DNA of 64,000 nt. Origin: Leptolyngbyaceae cyanobacterium (GTDB lineage Bacteria; Cyanobacteriota; Cyanobacteriia; Phormidesmidales; Phormidesmidaceae). The stretch is taken from NCBI GenBank assembly GCA_965263355.1, contig CBDHHL010000032.1, positions 1,792,001-1,856,000 of the forward strand. Reading direction: 5' to 3'. How positions within the stretch are numbered: the first letter of the stretch is position 1; each line of letters starts with the position of its first letter. Made by a program: the position numbers and the translations under genes. Below, in pieces: positions 49,544-58,441 of this stretch. The notes beneath the pieces are model-generated. The model was not told the origin of the DNA. It worked only from the letters and a program-made list of their open reading frames with translations, and did not search any database.

Positions 49544-50152
49544 AGCAATTCCAAATTCCAACTTAAGAACAGAAATCAGTATCCTGGAGCTAGCAATCGA
49601 GTCGTGCAAAGCGTAACCCTATCGGGTACAGTCAACTCATTCGGATGGGTCTTGCCTTGGGCAAGATAGTCGTTATGGCTTCAAGTGTGCTCAGTTTCGA
49701 CAGTTTGCTAGGAGGACTGACCTCGTGCATAGGAACGATGAAGGATGGGCGTCAGCCCAGTAACGCAACTCGTTATAGCCTTCAAGATGCAGTGCTGGGA
49801 GCGTTTAGTGCGTTTTTCATGCAAAGCCCGTCATTCCTCAGCAGTTCCAAATTCCAATTTACAGACATCTGAAACCCTTGATTTTCCGTTGGAATTGAGT
49901 TCACTCAGGTTTAGGGGGAGGGGCATAGTCAAGCGAAGGAGTTGGCTAGCTACTCCTCTATTTCGAAGATTGAGTCACAGGAATTAACTGATGGAAAGAA
50001 AACGACCATACCCTCAAACCTTTATAAATCAGGAGCTTTGCCTGGACTAGATATGCCTCTGAAAGTCTTCTAAAGTCTTTTTTAGCAAGGGTTTCACCCT
50101 TCTTGGGGCAGGCCAGCGCAGGCTGTCCTAAAGTTGGAATTTGGAATTGCTG
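49543..50152. mobile_element. Defective IS / nested MITE bounded by perfect 22-bp terminal inverted repeats
   Basis: CAGCAATTCCAAATTCCAACTT (49543) and its reverse complement (50131..50152); a third, 2-mismatch left end at 49839. Confidence 0.82.
49675..49838 (+). pseudogene. N-terminal transposase fragment (ISNCY/IS4-like)
   Basis: MASSVLSFDSLL...DGRQPSNATRYSLQDAVLGAFSAFFMQSPSFL, broken at the internal inverted-repeat copy. Confidence 0.75.
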
Positions 50153-50153
50153 A

Positions 50154-50312
50154 CGACAACTTTACCGAGATATTGAAGACGGACTTCTCAGAATCGGAAT
50201 AGAAGTCGAAGACCGGAGACGACCAGGCACGAAAAAGGCACGGTATTACATCAACATTCCTGCCACGAGAAAACGACTTAATTGCGCACCTGAGAAACGG
50301 AAGGTGGTTTAG
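50154..50312 (+). pseudogene. 5'-truncated excisionase / recombination directionality factor-like gene
   Basis: RQLYRDIEDGLLRIGIEVEDRRRPGTKKARYYINIPATRKRLNCAPEKRKVV*: basic, winged-helix-like, convergent with and overlapping the integrase 3' end; starts at the IS right end. Confidence 0.6.
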
Positions 50313-51384
50313 GGCCGCCTGCAATCGCACTGTGATAGACCGCCTGCTGTTCAGCGGCAGATAGCCATCGCTGATAGGTCTCAGTATGGACCTTAACCGA
50401 GTGCCCCATCATACGAGCTGCAATACTGACTGGGATATTAAACTTGATGCACCGAACCGCAAAAGCATGACGAAGGTCATACGCTAGAAACGGCACCTTA
50501 TAGGTTCTGAACTTTTTAGATAATATCTTTCCGTATTTTCTAAACTCTGGATATTTAAGCGGTGGCGGATTGCCCTCCCCTATCCTCCACTTTGCAACCC
50601 ACTCTGGATAGAGCGCAGAAACTTGGCGATACCCCGTTTTTCCATCAGTAACGTTCCAGATAAGCGGGTCAGGCGTTGGTTCTAAAAAGAACGCTTCATG
50701 AGGACGAACCCCAAAGGTTGAGATCGCAGCATAGACCCACTGCCATGCAGGGTCAGGAAATATATTCCACCACTCCTCTATCAGTTCATCAGCAGGTAAA
50801 TCCCTTCTTGCTTCAGAGCGTCCTGGCGCATAGCTTCCACCATGAGGACGTAAATCAATCTGAATCTCAGCAAACTCAGCAAGTCGCTGAAAGTACCGCA
50901 TAGTGCGCTTTCTGGTATAGGTACCAACATCAGTCTCAAGGAGTATGTTCAGCAGTATATCTCCAGTAAGCGGCTTATCCTGTGGCAGGCGTTTGTATGC
51001 TGCTCCCCAATGCTGATGCCAGGTATCTTCTGTGGTAATGCCCTTTGATAACCAGTGCTCACGAAACTCAGCTATCCATTCTTTTACGGTTCTGTCCTCA
51101 CGAGATACTTTTCCTCGCCAGGTATCCCACTCAAAGCTTCCATCAATCACACTTCCCCAAAGTGAGATCGCAACTTTCTCAGCATCTTTTAATCCACGAG
51201 TCGTTGCAGGAAGTCCAACCTTAGGTCGCGTTACTTCCTGACGGTACGCCTTTACTTTGTCAGATTCAGGTTTTGGAGGAAGCACAGCTCTTAAATACAA
51301 CCATTGCTTTCGCTGAAGAATGGTGACTCTAATTCCGGAGTCACGTAACCGGCTATTTACTCCTGAAAGGTCTACTTGTTCCAT
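50278..51384 (-). CDS. Tyrosine recombinase/integrase (cyanobacterial XisA/XisC-like family)
   Basis: FGVRPHE (R), DGKTG (K), YDLRHAFA, MGHS (H), HTETY (Y); N-terminal 'LYLRAVLPPKP' arm-binding region. Confidence 0.9.
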   Translation of the reverse strand: MEQVDLSGVNSRLRDSGIRVTILQRKQWLYLRAVLPPKPESDKVKAYRQEVTRPKVGLPATTRGLKDAEKVAISLWGSVIDGSFEWDTWRGKVSREDRTVKEWIAEFREHWLSKGITTEDTWHQHWGAAYKRLPQDKPLTGDILLNILLETDVGTYTRKRTMRYFQRLAEFAEIQIDLRPHGGSYAPGRSEARRDLPADELIEEWWNIFPDPAWQWVYAAISTFGVRPHEAFFLEPTPDPLIWNVTDGKTGYRQVSALYPEWVAKWRIGEGNPPPLKYPEFRKYGKILSKKFRTYKVPFLAYDLRHAFAVRCIKFNIPVSIAARMMGHSVKVHTETYQRWLSAAEQQAVYHSAIAGGPKPPSVSQVRN

Positions 51385-51637
51385 GTGACAGTTTGGGGAA
51401 TTCGTTCACCACCTGTTCACCATAGTAGCGGTAGTTTTAGAGAAAAAATGGTGAATAGAAAACTGACCAAAACTGCTGGAGGCTTTCCTGAGAGTGCCAC
51501 AAGACTTGAGATTCAAGGATTTGGCCTGTGCTAGAGTTTATGTGGGGGACCGCCCTGCCCATAGGGGTTCGGGGAACTCGGAGGAGCCCCGAGCAGCCCC
51601 TTTTGCCTCTTAGCCAAAACAACTAACTACTAATCCA

Positions 51638-53239
51638 TCACAAAACAATCGCCATGCCATCCGCCCGTGGCTCCGACCCCGCCACCAGTACACCGTCCAA
51701 TCGCAAAATCACCTGTCCTTTGCCAAACATGCCCGGCGCTGCAACCACCTGCACATCATGGCCCAGATCCCCCAACCCCAATGCCACATGACGCGGCACC
51801 GTCTGCTCCAAATACACCCGATTGCCCCGATCAAATCGCCAGCGTGGTGCATCTAATGCTGCCTGCGGATTTAACCCCCGGTCCAGCAAATTCGAAACCA
51901 CCTGCAAATGCCCCTGGGGCTGCATCGACGCCCCCATCACGCCAAATGGCCCTAACGGTTGACCATCACGGCTCAAAAAACCAGGAATAATCGTATGAAA
52001 TGGCCGTTTGCCAGGTGCGATCGCATTCGGATGTCCCCCATCTAACACAAACCCCGCACCCCGATTTTGCAACGCAATTCCTGTCCCCGGAATCGCAATC
52101 CCACTCCCAAACCCCATAAAATTCGACTGGATAAACGACACCATTAGGTCATCGTCCGCTGCCGCCAAATACACCGTGCCCCCCTGCGGTAAACCCGGTT
52201 CTGCCAACGGTATCGCAAAATCGCCAATCAACTCTCGACGCTGAGCCGCATAGGCCTTATCCAACAACGCTGCCGTCGACACATCCATGGTGCTTGGATC
52301 CGCCACATACCGATGGGCATCTGCAAACGCCAGCTTCATCGCCTCAATCTGTTGGTGATAATTTACCACCGATTCCCGTGGCACAGCCGTCAAGTCAAAC
52401 CCCTCAACAATATTTAGCGCCATTAACGCCGCAATTCCCTGCCCATTGGGCGGCAGTTCCGACACCGTCAGCCCTCGATATGGGGTAGAAATCGGGTTAA
52501 CCCACTCCGCCTGATGATGGCGTAAATCATCCAGGGAAAATACACCCCCCGTTGCTTCTGCAAACGCAACGAATTGTTCCGCCAGTTTGCCCCGATAAAA
52601 ACTCTCCCCTTCCGTGGTCGCTAACTCTCGCAGGGTATCTGCCTGATCTGGACAGCGCCAGATTTTACCCGTACGTGGTGCCTGATGTCCTGGAAAGAAT
52701 GTTTCTAGAAAGGGTTGATAGACGACATCATCGGTTAACGACAAATAGTTCTTTGCTTGCTGCTGCCAGTTGCGGGCTGTCGCAGGCGATACCGGAAACC
52801 CTTCTGCTGCATGACGAATAGCCGGTTCAAATAACCGCTCAAATGGCAGCTTACCCCAGCGTCGCCATAATGTTTGCCAGGCCGAAACCGCCCCCGGTAC
52901 CGTAGTGGCTAACCAGCCGTGCAAGGGTAATTGTGACCGATCTGCCCACATCTCTGGCGAGAGCGCCTGCGGACTTTTTCCCGATGCATTCAGACCATGG
53001 AGTTCGCCGTCCCACACCAGGGCAAAGGCATCCGAGCCTAAACCATTGGAGGTGGGTTCAACGATAGTCAGGTCGATGGCCATTGCGATCGCAGCATCCA
53101 CCGCATTGCCCCCCGCCAGCAAAATCTCTGCCCCCGTCGCAGCTGCTAACGGTTGAGATGTGGCCACAGCCCCCCGTGATCCCAACATGACAGGACGAGA
53201 AGATACATAGGGATAGGCGTTTAGGTCGAATGGTTGCAT
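51638..53239 (-). CDS. ggt: Gamma-glutamyltransferase family protein
   Basis: GGNAVDAA, EPTSNGLGSD, GTVY nucleophile, QSNFMGFGSG, RPFHTIIP, GVMG. Confidence 0.93.
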   Translation of the reverse strand: MQPFDLNAYPYVSSRPVMLGSRGAVATSQPLAAATGAEILLAGGNAVDAAIAMAIDLTIVEPTSNGLGSDAFALVWDGELHGLNASGKSPQALSPEMWADRSQLPLHGWLATTVPGAVSAWQTLWRRWGKLPFERLFEPAIRHAAEGFPVSPATARNWQQQAKNYLSLTDDVVYQPFLETFFPGHQAPRTGKIWRCPDQADTLRELATTEGESFYRGKLAEQFVAFAEATGGVFSLDDLRHHQAEWVNPISTPYRGLTVSELPPNGQGIAALMALNIVEGFDLTAVPRESVVNYHQQIEAMKLAFADAHRYVADPSTMDVSTAALLDKAYAAQRRELIGDFAIPLAEPGLPQGGTVYLAAADDDLMVSFIQSNFMGFGSGIAIPGTGIALQNRGAGFVLDGGHPNAIAPGKRPFHTIIPGFLSRDGQPLGPFGVMGASMQPQGHLQVVSNLLDRGLNPQAALDAPRWRFDRGNRVYLEQTVPRHVALGLGDLGHDVQVVAAPGMFGKGQVILRLDGVLVAGSEPRADGMAIVL

Positions 53240-53357
53240 AGTTGGAAAAACGTCGTTTGTAGCATGGTACCCGACGGGCCGCAGGCCGTAGGCCGTAGAT
53301 TGGGTAGAGCCCCGAAACCCAACCTCAAGCCATAATAATATTTAATCAGGAGGAATC

Positions 53358-53747
53358 ATGACAGTTAGCGATCGCACCCAAATCAAAAAAATATTTGAAG
53401 AAATTTACCCTGAAACCGCCCGTTCCAGAAATCCCCAACGCTACGGAGCCATGTTTACCGAAACAGCCATACAAATGCCACCCCATGTGCCCGACCGCCA
53501 TGGCCAAGCTGACATTGCCGCTGGCTATGCAGAACAGATTGTTGACAAAGATCTGGATCCCACCCTTACCGCTGAAGATATCCATGTCACAGGAGACTTT
53601 GGCTATGTTACCGGCATTGCCATGGTTACCATTCATCCCCACGATGATAGCCCTGCCATACAGCTCAAATTTCGAGGACTGTGGTTAATGAAAAAGGAAC
53701 AGGGAGACTGGAAAATTGATCGGCAGATTTGGAACGAAAAGTCCTAG
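53358..53747 (+). CDS. NTF2/SnoaL-like (DUF4440) protein
   Basis: AGGAGG RBS; FTETAIQMPP...GQADI...GDWKI pattern. Confidence 0.8.
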   Translation: MTVSDRTQIKKIFEEIYPETARSRNPQRYGAMFTETAIQMPPHVPDRHGQADIAAGYAEQIVDKDLDPTLTAEDIHVTGDFGYVTGIAMVTIHPHDDSPAIQLKFRGLWLMKKEQGDWKIDRQIWNEKS

Positions 53748-53752
53748 TGGGG

Positions 53753-53795
53753 TATTGGACTTATTGGACTTATTGGACTTATTGGACGTGGTTTA
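53753..53795. repeat. 9-bp tandem repeat (TATTGGACT) x4 running into a family B right end
   Basis: TATTGGACTTATTGGACTTATTGGACTTATTGGACGTGGTTTA. Confidence 0.75.
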
Positions 53796-54023
53796 TAACT
53801 GATAATCAGTCTAAGCCAAGGCTATTTACAGTTTTTAAGGAGCTTTGCCTACAATAGGTATAGTCCAAAGCTGTCAACTTACCCATGGGTCAAGTTATTT
53901 TAGTCCCATACTTAACCCTAAAGCAGTACCTGATCCATATCGTTAGTACTAAAACCCGTTATATATATCTGAAAAATTAAAGGTTTCCTCCTAATGCAAC
54001 ACCTAAGGCAAAAGAGAATAACA

Positions 54024-54119
54024 TTTCCCCTCCTGGGAGGGGCTCCGGGGTGGGTTCCTGTGACTGGCGCTAATGATAAAAACCTACCTCGCCCACTGGG
54101 CACTCTTCCCGAAAGGGGA
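54024..54119. repeat. Cyanobacterial palindromic dispersed repeat (TTCCCCTCCTGGGAGGGG...GGGGTGGG type)
   Basis: CCCCTCC-TG-GGAGGGG hairpin, GGGGTGGG, and a degenerate inverted partner. Confidence 0.55.
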
Positions 54120-54148
54120 TAAGTCGGAACATTGCTGAATTTTTTCCT

Positions 54149-56134
54149 ATGTCGCTGTTACCCCATCTCTCCCAACTATCAAATCTTCGTCAAGCACTTG
54201 CTGCTCAGCTTGAGGAGATGAGCAGCACACTCCAATCGCTGCAAGCAGCCTTCGATTTGACCCAGCCCCTGGCCGATCTCTCTACCACTGGCCAACGCCT
54301 GCGTCAGGGTGTCTTTCGGCTGATGGTGTTAGGGGATATGAAACGGGGCAAAAGCACGTTTCTGAATGCCCTGTTAGGAGAACCCCTCCTCCCCAGTGAT
54401 GTTAATCCTTGTACTGCGCTGCTTACGGTGCTACGCTATGGCCCCACTCCCCAAGCCACAGTTTATTTCACCGACGATCGACCCTCAGAACAGCTAGATA
54501 TTGATACGTTTACCCAACGGTATACTATTGATCCAGCAGAAACTCGCCAAACCAGGGAGGATAGCCCCTTTGCTCACGTTAGCCATGCTGTTATCTACTA
54601 TCCACTTCCCCTATTGCAAAATGGTGTAGAAATTGTCGATAGCCCTGGTCTTAATGATACTGAGGCCCGTAATAAACTCTCCCTGGGCTATATTCAAAAT
54701 TGTCATGCGATCTTGTTTATGTTGCGGGCAACCCAGCCCTGTACCTTAGCAGAGCGACGCTATCTGAATAACTATTTACAAAATAAGGGACTGTCGCTAT
54801 TTTTCTTGCTGAATGCTTGGGATCATATTAAAGATAGTCTGCTCGATCCGGATGATCCCGATGAGTTAGCCCAGGCGGAAGCACGTCTCCATAGGGTATT
54901 TAACAGTACACTCAAGGACTATTGCGACAATTATGACCAGCGGGTATTTCCCATCTCTGCCCTGGAGGTTCTACGCCAACGGATTAAGACTCCGAATGCG
55001 CCCATCTGTGATCCAGAGTTTGCGAGATTTTTAACCACGTTGGATCAGTTTCTAACCCATGAGCGAGCCCGGGCAGAATTTCAGCCGGTGGTGGCCTTAT
55101 CCAACCGTGTGTTGACGGAAATAACTGAGAAAGTACATCTGCGTCAGACGTTGTTGCATCAAACGGTGGCTGAACTTAAGCAATCTATTTTGCAACTGGC
55201 TCCAGTATTTGAACAGCTGGTGGCGATTCGAGATCAGTTTCAACAGGAGATACGGGAAAGTTGCGATCGCAACTCAACCGCCACCACCACCGCCTTCAAA
55301 GACTTTATCCTCAATCTAGAAACCACCTTTGAAAAAGACTTTGCACCCTACCAACCCGATCTCTCGTTACTTGATCTAGTCAGTCCTGCCGGTCGACAAC
55401 AATTTAACCAATCCTTAGAAACCGCCTTTCAACAGTATCTTAACGACCAGCTTCTACACTGGAGTCGTACCCTGGAGCCCACCCTCCGGGACGCTTTTCA
55501 GACGCTATCCGAACGTGCTGCCCACTATGGCACGTCTTACAACCAAATTACCCAAGAAATTCTGACTGCACTCAGCGGTCAGCCAGTACAAATTCCCCTC
55601 GACAATACCCAACCCAGCTGGGCAGCATGGGCCGTTGAAGCCCTCAACCAGCCTGCCGATACCCCCGAGGTAAAAGCGGTGCTGGCGAGTATCAATCTGC
55701 AAAGCATTTTATTTAATCTGGTGGCTGCTGTCGGTGCCAGTCTGTTGGCCTCTAGCCTAATCAGCTCCATTGCAGGACCTATCACCTTAGGGCTTGCCAG
55801 TCTTGGCATTGGTGCGTTTCAAGTGGACCAAATCCGTCGTGCCCTGGTGAAGGCGGCCCGCCAGGAACTGAGTACCCATTTACCCCGCATTGCCGCCGAA
55901 CAACAGCAGCCCATCCACTCTGCTATTGTTCAATACTTTCGTGACTATGAGCAGTCCGTCATCAGTCGTCTAGATGCTGATATCAAAGCCCGTAAGGCAG
56001 ATTTGGAAACCCTCCTGACCCAAAAGCAAGACCAGGAACATCAGGGTCAAAGTGAAATAAACCGATTGCAGACGACTTTAACTAAACTGCAGCAGACAGA
56101 TCAAGCCATTCAAGAACTATATGACCAGATTTAG
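54149..56134 (+). CDS. Bacterial dynamin-like GTPase (BDLP family)
   Basis: G1 GDMKRGKS, G2 NPCT, G3 DSPG, G4 NAWD; hydrophobic paddle near the C-terminus. Confidence 0.92.
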   Translation: MSLLPHLSQLSNLRQALAAQLEEMSSTLQSLQAAFDLTQPLADLSTTGQRLRQGVFRLMVLGDMKRGKSTFLNALLGEPLLPSDVNPCTALLTVLRYGPTPQATVYFTDDRPSEQLDIDTFTQRYTIDPAETRQTREDSPFAHVSHAVIYYPLPLLQNGVEIVDSPGLNDTEARNKLSLGYIQNCHAILFMLRATQPCTLAERRYLNNYLQNKGLSLFFLLNAWDHIKDSLLDPDDPDELAQAEARLHRVFNSTLKDYCDNYDQRVFPISALEVLRQRIKTPNAPICDPEFARFLTTLDQFLTHERARAEFQPVVALSNRVLTEITEKVHLRQTLLHQTVAELKQSILQLAPVFEQLVAIRDQFQQEIRESCDRNSTATTTAFKDFILNLETTFEKDFAPYQPDLSLLDLVSPAGRQQFNQSLETAFQQYLNDQLLHWSRTLEPTLRDAFQTLSERAAHYGTSYNQITQEILTALSGQPVQIPLDNTQPSWAAWAVEALNQPADTPEVKAVLASINLQSILFNLVAAVGASLLASSLISSIAGPITLGLASLGIGAFQVDQIRRALVKAARQELSTHLPRIAAEQQQPIHSAIVQYFRDYEQSVISRLDADIKARKADLETLLTQKQDQEHQGQSEINRLQTTLTKLQQTDQAIQELYDQI

Positions 56135-56143
56135 GGAATTTTT

Positions 56144-56240
56144 GTAGGGGCACTCCCTTGTGGATGCCCCTTCGATAAGGCATAGCCCCTACAAGATTAT
56201 CTATTTAAAACCCTGTAGGGCACTCCCTTGTAGATGCCCC
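56144..56240. repeat. Cluster of GTAG-type REP elements (BIME-like)
   Basis: GTAGGGGCACTCCCTTGTGGATGCCCCT, inverted GCCCCTAC, and GTAGGGCACTCCCTTGTAGATGCCC. Confidence 0.7.
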
Positions 56241-56318
56241 CTTTTCAAGAGTCATGGAATGTCATGGAGAATATCGGATATTCTGGTCAATGGCATTCGT
56301 TATACCATTCCCTCTCCC

Positions 56319-56966
56319 ATGCCTGATTTCAAACCCAACGACGGTCGTCTTTATGCCCCTGCTACGGAGCGTAACCGTGAGTATATCCTGGCAGTGCTAG
56401 AACGGGTACTGCCCACCCCTGGCAACGATTCCAGCACCATCCTGGAAATTGCCAGTGGTACGGGGGAACATGCTAGCTTTTTTGCCCCTAAGTTAGCGCC
56501 CCGTCGTTGGTGGCCCAGTGATATCAGTGCTCCCATGCTAAAGAGTATTGCGGCCTGGCAACAGGCGACCAATGCGCGTTATTTGTTGCCACCCATTGAG
56601 TTAAATGTCTGTGTTGACCCCTGGCCGGTTGAAGCAGATGAGAAGCGAGCTATTGATGCCATCGTTAATATTAATATGATCCATATTTCACCTTGGAAAG
56701 CCTGTGAGGCATTGATGGCCGGGGCCGGTCGTATATTGCCAGACGGTGGCGTTCTTTATCTATACGGTCCCTTTAAACGCAATGGTGAGCATACAGCCCC
56801 CAGTAATGAGACATTTAACAGTTGGCTGACAGAGCAAAACGCTGATTGGGGAGTGCGTGATTTAGAAACGGTTGAAGAGCTTGCTAACAGTCATCAGCTA
56901 ACCTTGCAGGAGGTGGTTGAGATGCCTGCTAATAATCTTTCTCTGGTGTTTCATAAACAGCCATAA
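56319..56966 (+). CDS. DUF938 family SAM-dependent methyltransferase
   Basis: APATERNR, LEIASGTGEHA, NMIHISPW, LYGPF, WGVRDL, MPANN. Start moved to ATG 56319. Confidence 0.92.
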   Translation: MPDFKPNDGRLYAPATERNREYILAVLERVLPTPGNDSSTILEIASGTGEHASFFAPKLAPRRWWPSDISAPMLKSIAAWQQATNARYLLPPIELNVCVDPWPVEADEKRAIDAIVNINMIHISPWKACEALMAGAGRILPDGGVLYLYGPFKRNGEHTAPSNETFNSWLTEQNADWGVRDLETVEELANSHQLTLQEVVEMPANNLSLVFHKQP

Positions 56967-57081
56967 ACGACTATTCCCTCACCCCTTCACCCCATTCCCC
57001 GTCTTAATCTCAATTGTTACCATTGACACGGTACTCATCTAGGCTATACTAAGTATAAGTACGCATGTACCATAGCCTACT

Positions 57082-58020
57082 ATGGCATTTTTGTTTCCTG
57101 ATAAGTATATTGACCCTTTAACCGACTTTGGGTTTAAGCGCCTGTTTGGCACCGAACCCCACAAAGTGCTGCTGATCGATTTTCTGAATACCCTATTACC
57201 CGACTATCACCATATTCAGGATGTCACCTTCAAAAATCCAGAATCCATTGGTAGAACCTGGGCTGATCGTAAAGCGATTTTTGATATCTACTGTCAAACC
57301 GAAACCGGTGAACGGTTTATCGTTGAACTCCAGAAAGCAAAACAACAGTTCTTTAAGGACCGAAGTGTCTATTATTCCACCTTTCCGATTCAAGAGCAGG
57401 CCCGCACCGGGCCTTGGGACTATCAGTTAAGTGCGGTCTATACCGTTGGTGTACTGGACTTTATCTTTGATGAACACAAGCATGAAGAGACAATCATCCA
57501 TACCGTTGAACTAAAAGACCAACACTGTCAAGATGGTTTTGGTTCGTTCCAAACCCAAGATAAGTATGATAAGTTGAAATTTATTTATATTGAACTGCCT
57601 AAGTTTAAGAAATCCCTGGCGGAGTTAAGTTCCCATACAGATAATTGGTTGTTTATATTACGACACTTATCTCAATTGGAAACTCCACCTAGTAATTTAC
57701 AAGACGGTGTGTTTAACCAACTGTTTCAAGTGGCTAAGATTGCCAACTTTTCAGAAACAGAACAGGCTCTTTACCAAGAGAGTTTAAAGGTCTACCGTGA
57801 TAATTTTAATGTCACCCAGACCTTGCTTAAAGAAGCTGATAAAAAAGCTAGGGAAGAGGGCAGGGAAGAAGGTAGAGCAGAAGGTAGAGCGGAAGGTAGA
57901 GCGGAAGGCAGAGAAGAAGAACGACAGCAAATTGCTCAACGGTTGAGATCTTTGGGCCTCTCCATTCAGGAGGTTGTGAAAGCGACAGGGCTAACTCCAG
58001 AAGAAATTGAGCAGCTTTAA
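57082..58020 (+). CDS. Rpn-family recombination-promoting nuclease / putative transposase (PD-(D/E)XK)
   Basis: DPLTDFGFKRLFG, IFDIYC, FIVELQ, IELPKF; 12-bp-repeat R[AE]EG tail; TGLTPEEIEQL end. Confidence 0.92.
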   Translation: MAFLFPDKYIDPLTDFGFKRLFGTEPHKVLLIDFLNTLLPDYHHIQDVTFKNPESIGRTWADRKAIFDIYCQTETGERFIVELQKAKQQFFKDRSVYYSTFPIQEQARTGPWDYQLSAVYTVGVLDFIFDEHKHEETIIHTVELKDQHCQDGFGSFQTQDKYDKLKFIYIELPKFKKSLAELSSHTDNWLFILRHLSQLETPPSNLQDGVFNQLFQVAKIANFSETEQALYQESLKVYRDNFNVTQTLLKEADKKAREEGREEGRAEGRAEGRAEGREEERQQIAQRLRSLGLSIQEVVKATGLTPEEIEQL

Positions 58021-58074
58021 TTCGGTACCTGTCCATAATTTTGACTCAAATCTTGTACTAAGTCGATTGTGAGG

Positions 58075-58345
58075 CTCAAACCCACATTGGGTTCAAAACC
58101 CAACGATAATGGAGGGTTGTCCACTAAAAGGGACAATTTAGCTGTGAAGCTATGAATATTGAGCTTTCGGTTATTTTCTAACCCCTTTTAGGACAGATAT
58201 TGCACTATGTTGGTTATGAGGTTCAAACCCACGCTCGGTTCAAAATTGGGTGCTAGTTGGGATCGCCTGTAAGCTACAAACCCTTTTAGTGGGTTTTTGA
58301 TCCTGTTAGCCTTGGGTTTTCAACCCTGGGTGGGATAGAGCTATT
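58075..58345. repeat. Dispersed repeat family C, two copies
   Basis: TCAAACCCAC...GGTTCAAAA units at ~58075 and ~58222; matches 48640..48826. Confidence 0.65.
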
Positions 58346-58441
58346 TTCTATGTACTTTCCAGTAATCAAGTTTGCATAAGTCGGCAATGGTGAGTGGTAT
58401 TACGCTACAGACGTCTTAGTTCTCTGTTTGGTGTATAGCCC

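Noticed and set aside
51437..51622. 61-aa ORF, or a tRNA/ncRNA at the integrase end
   Set aside because: No cloverleaf or T-loop motif; the ORF spans the probable att junction and has no recognisable features.
57850..57920. 12-bp tandem repeats as a contingency locus
   Set aside because: Normal R[AE]EG repeat tail of Rpn-family proteins; in frame, so not an on/off switch.
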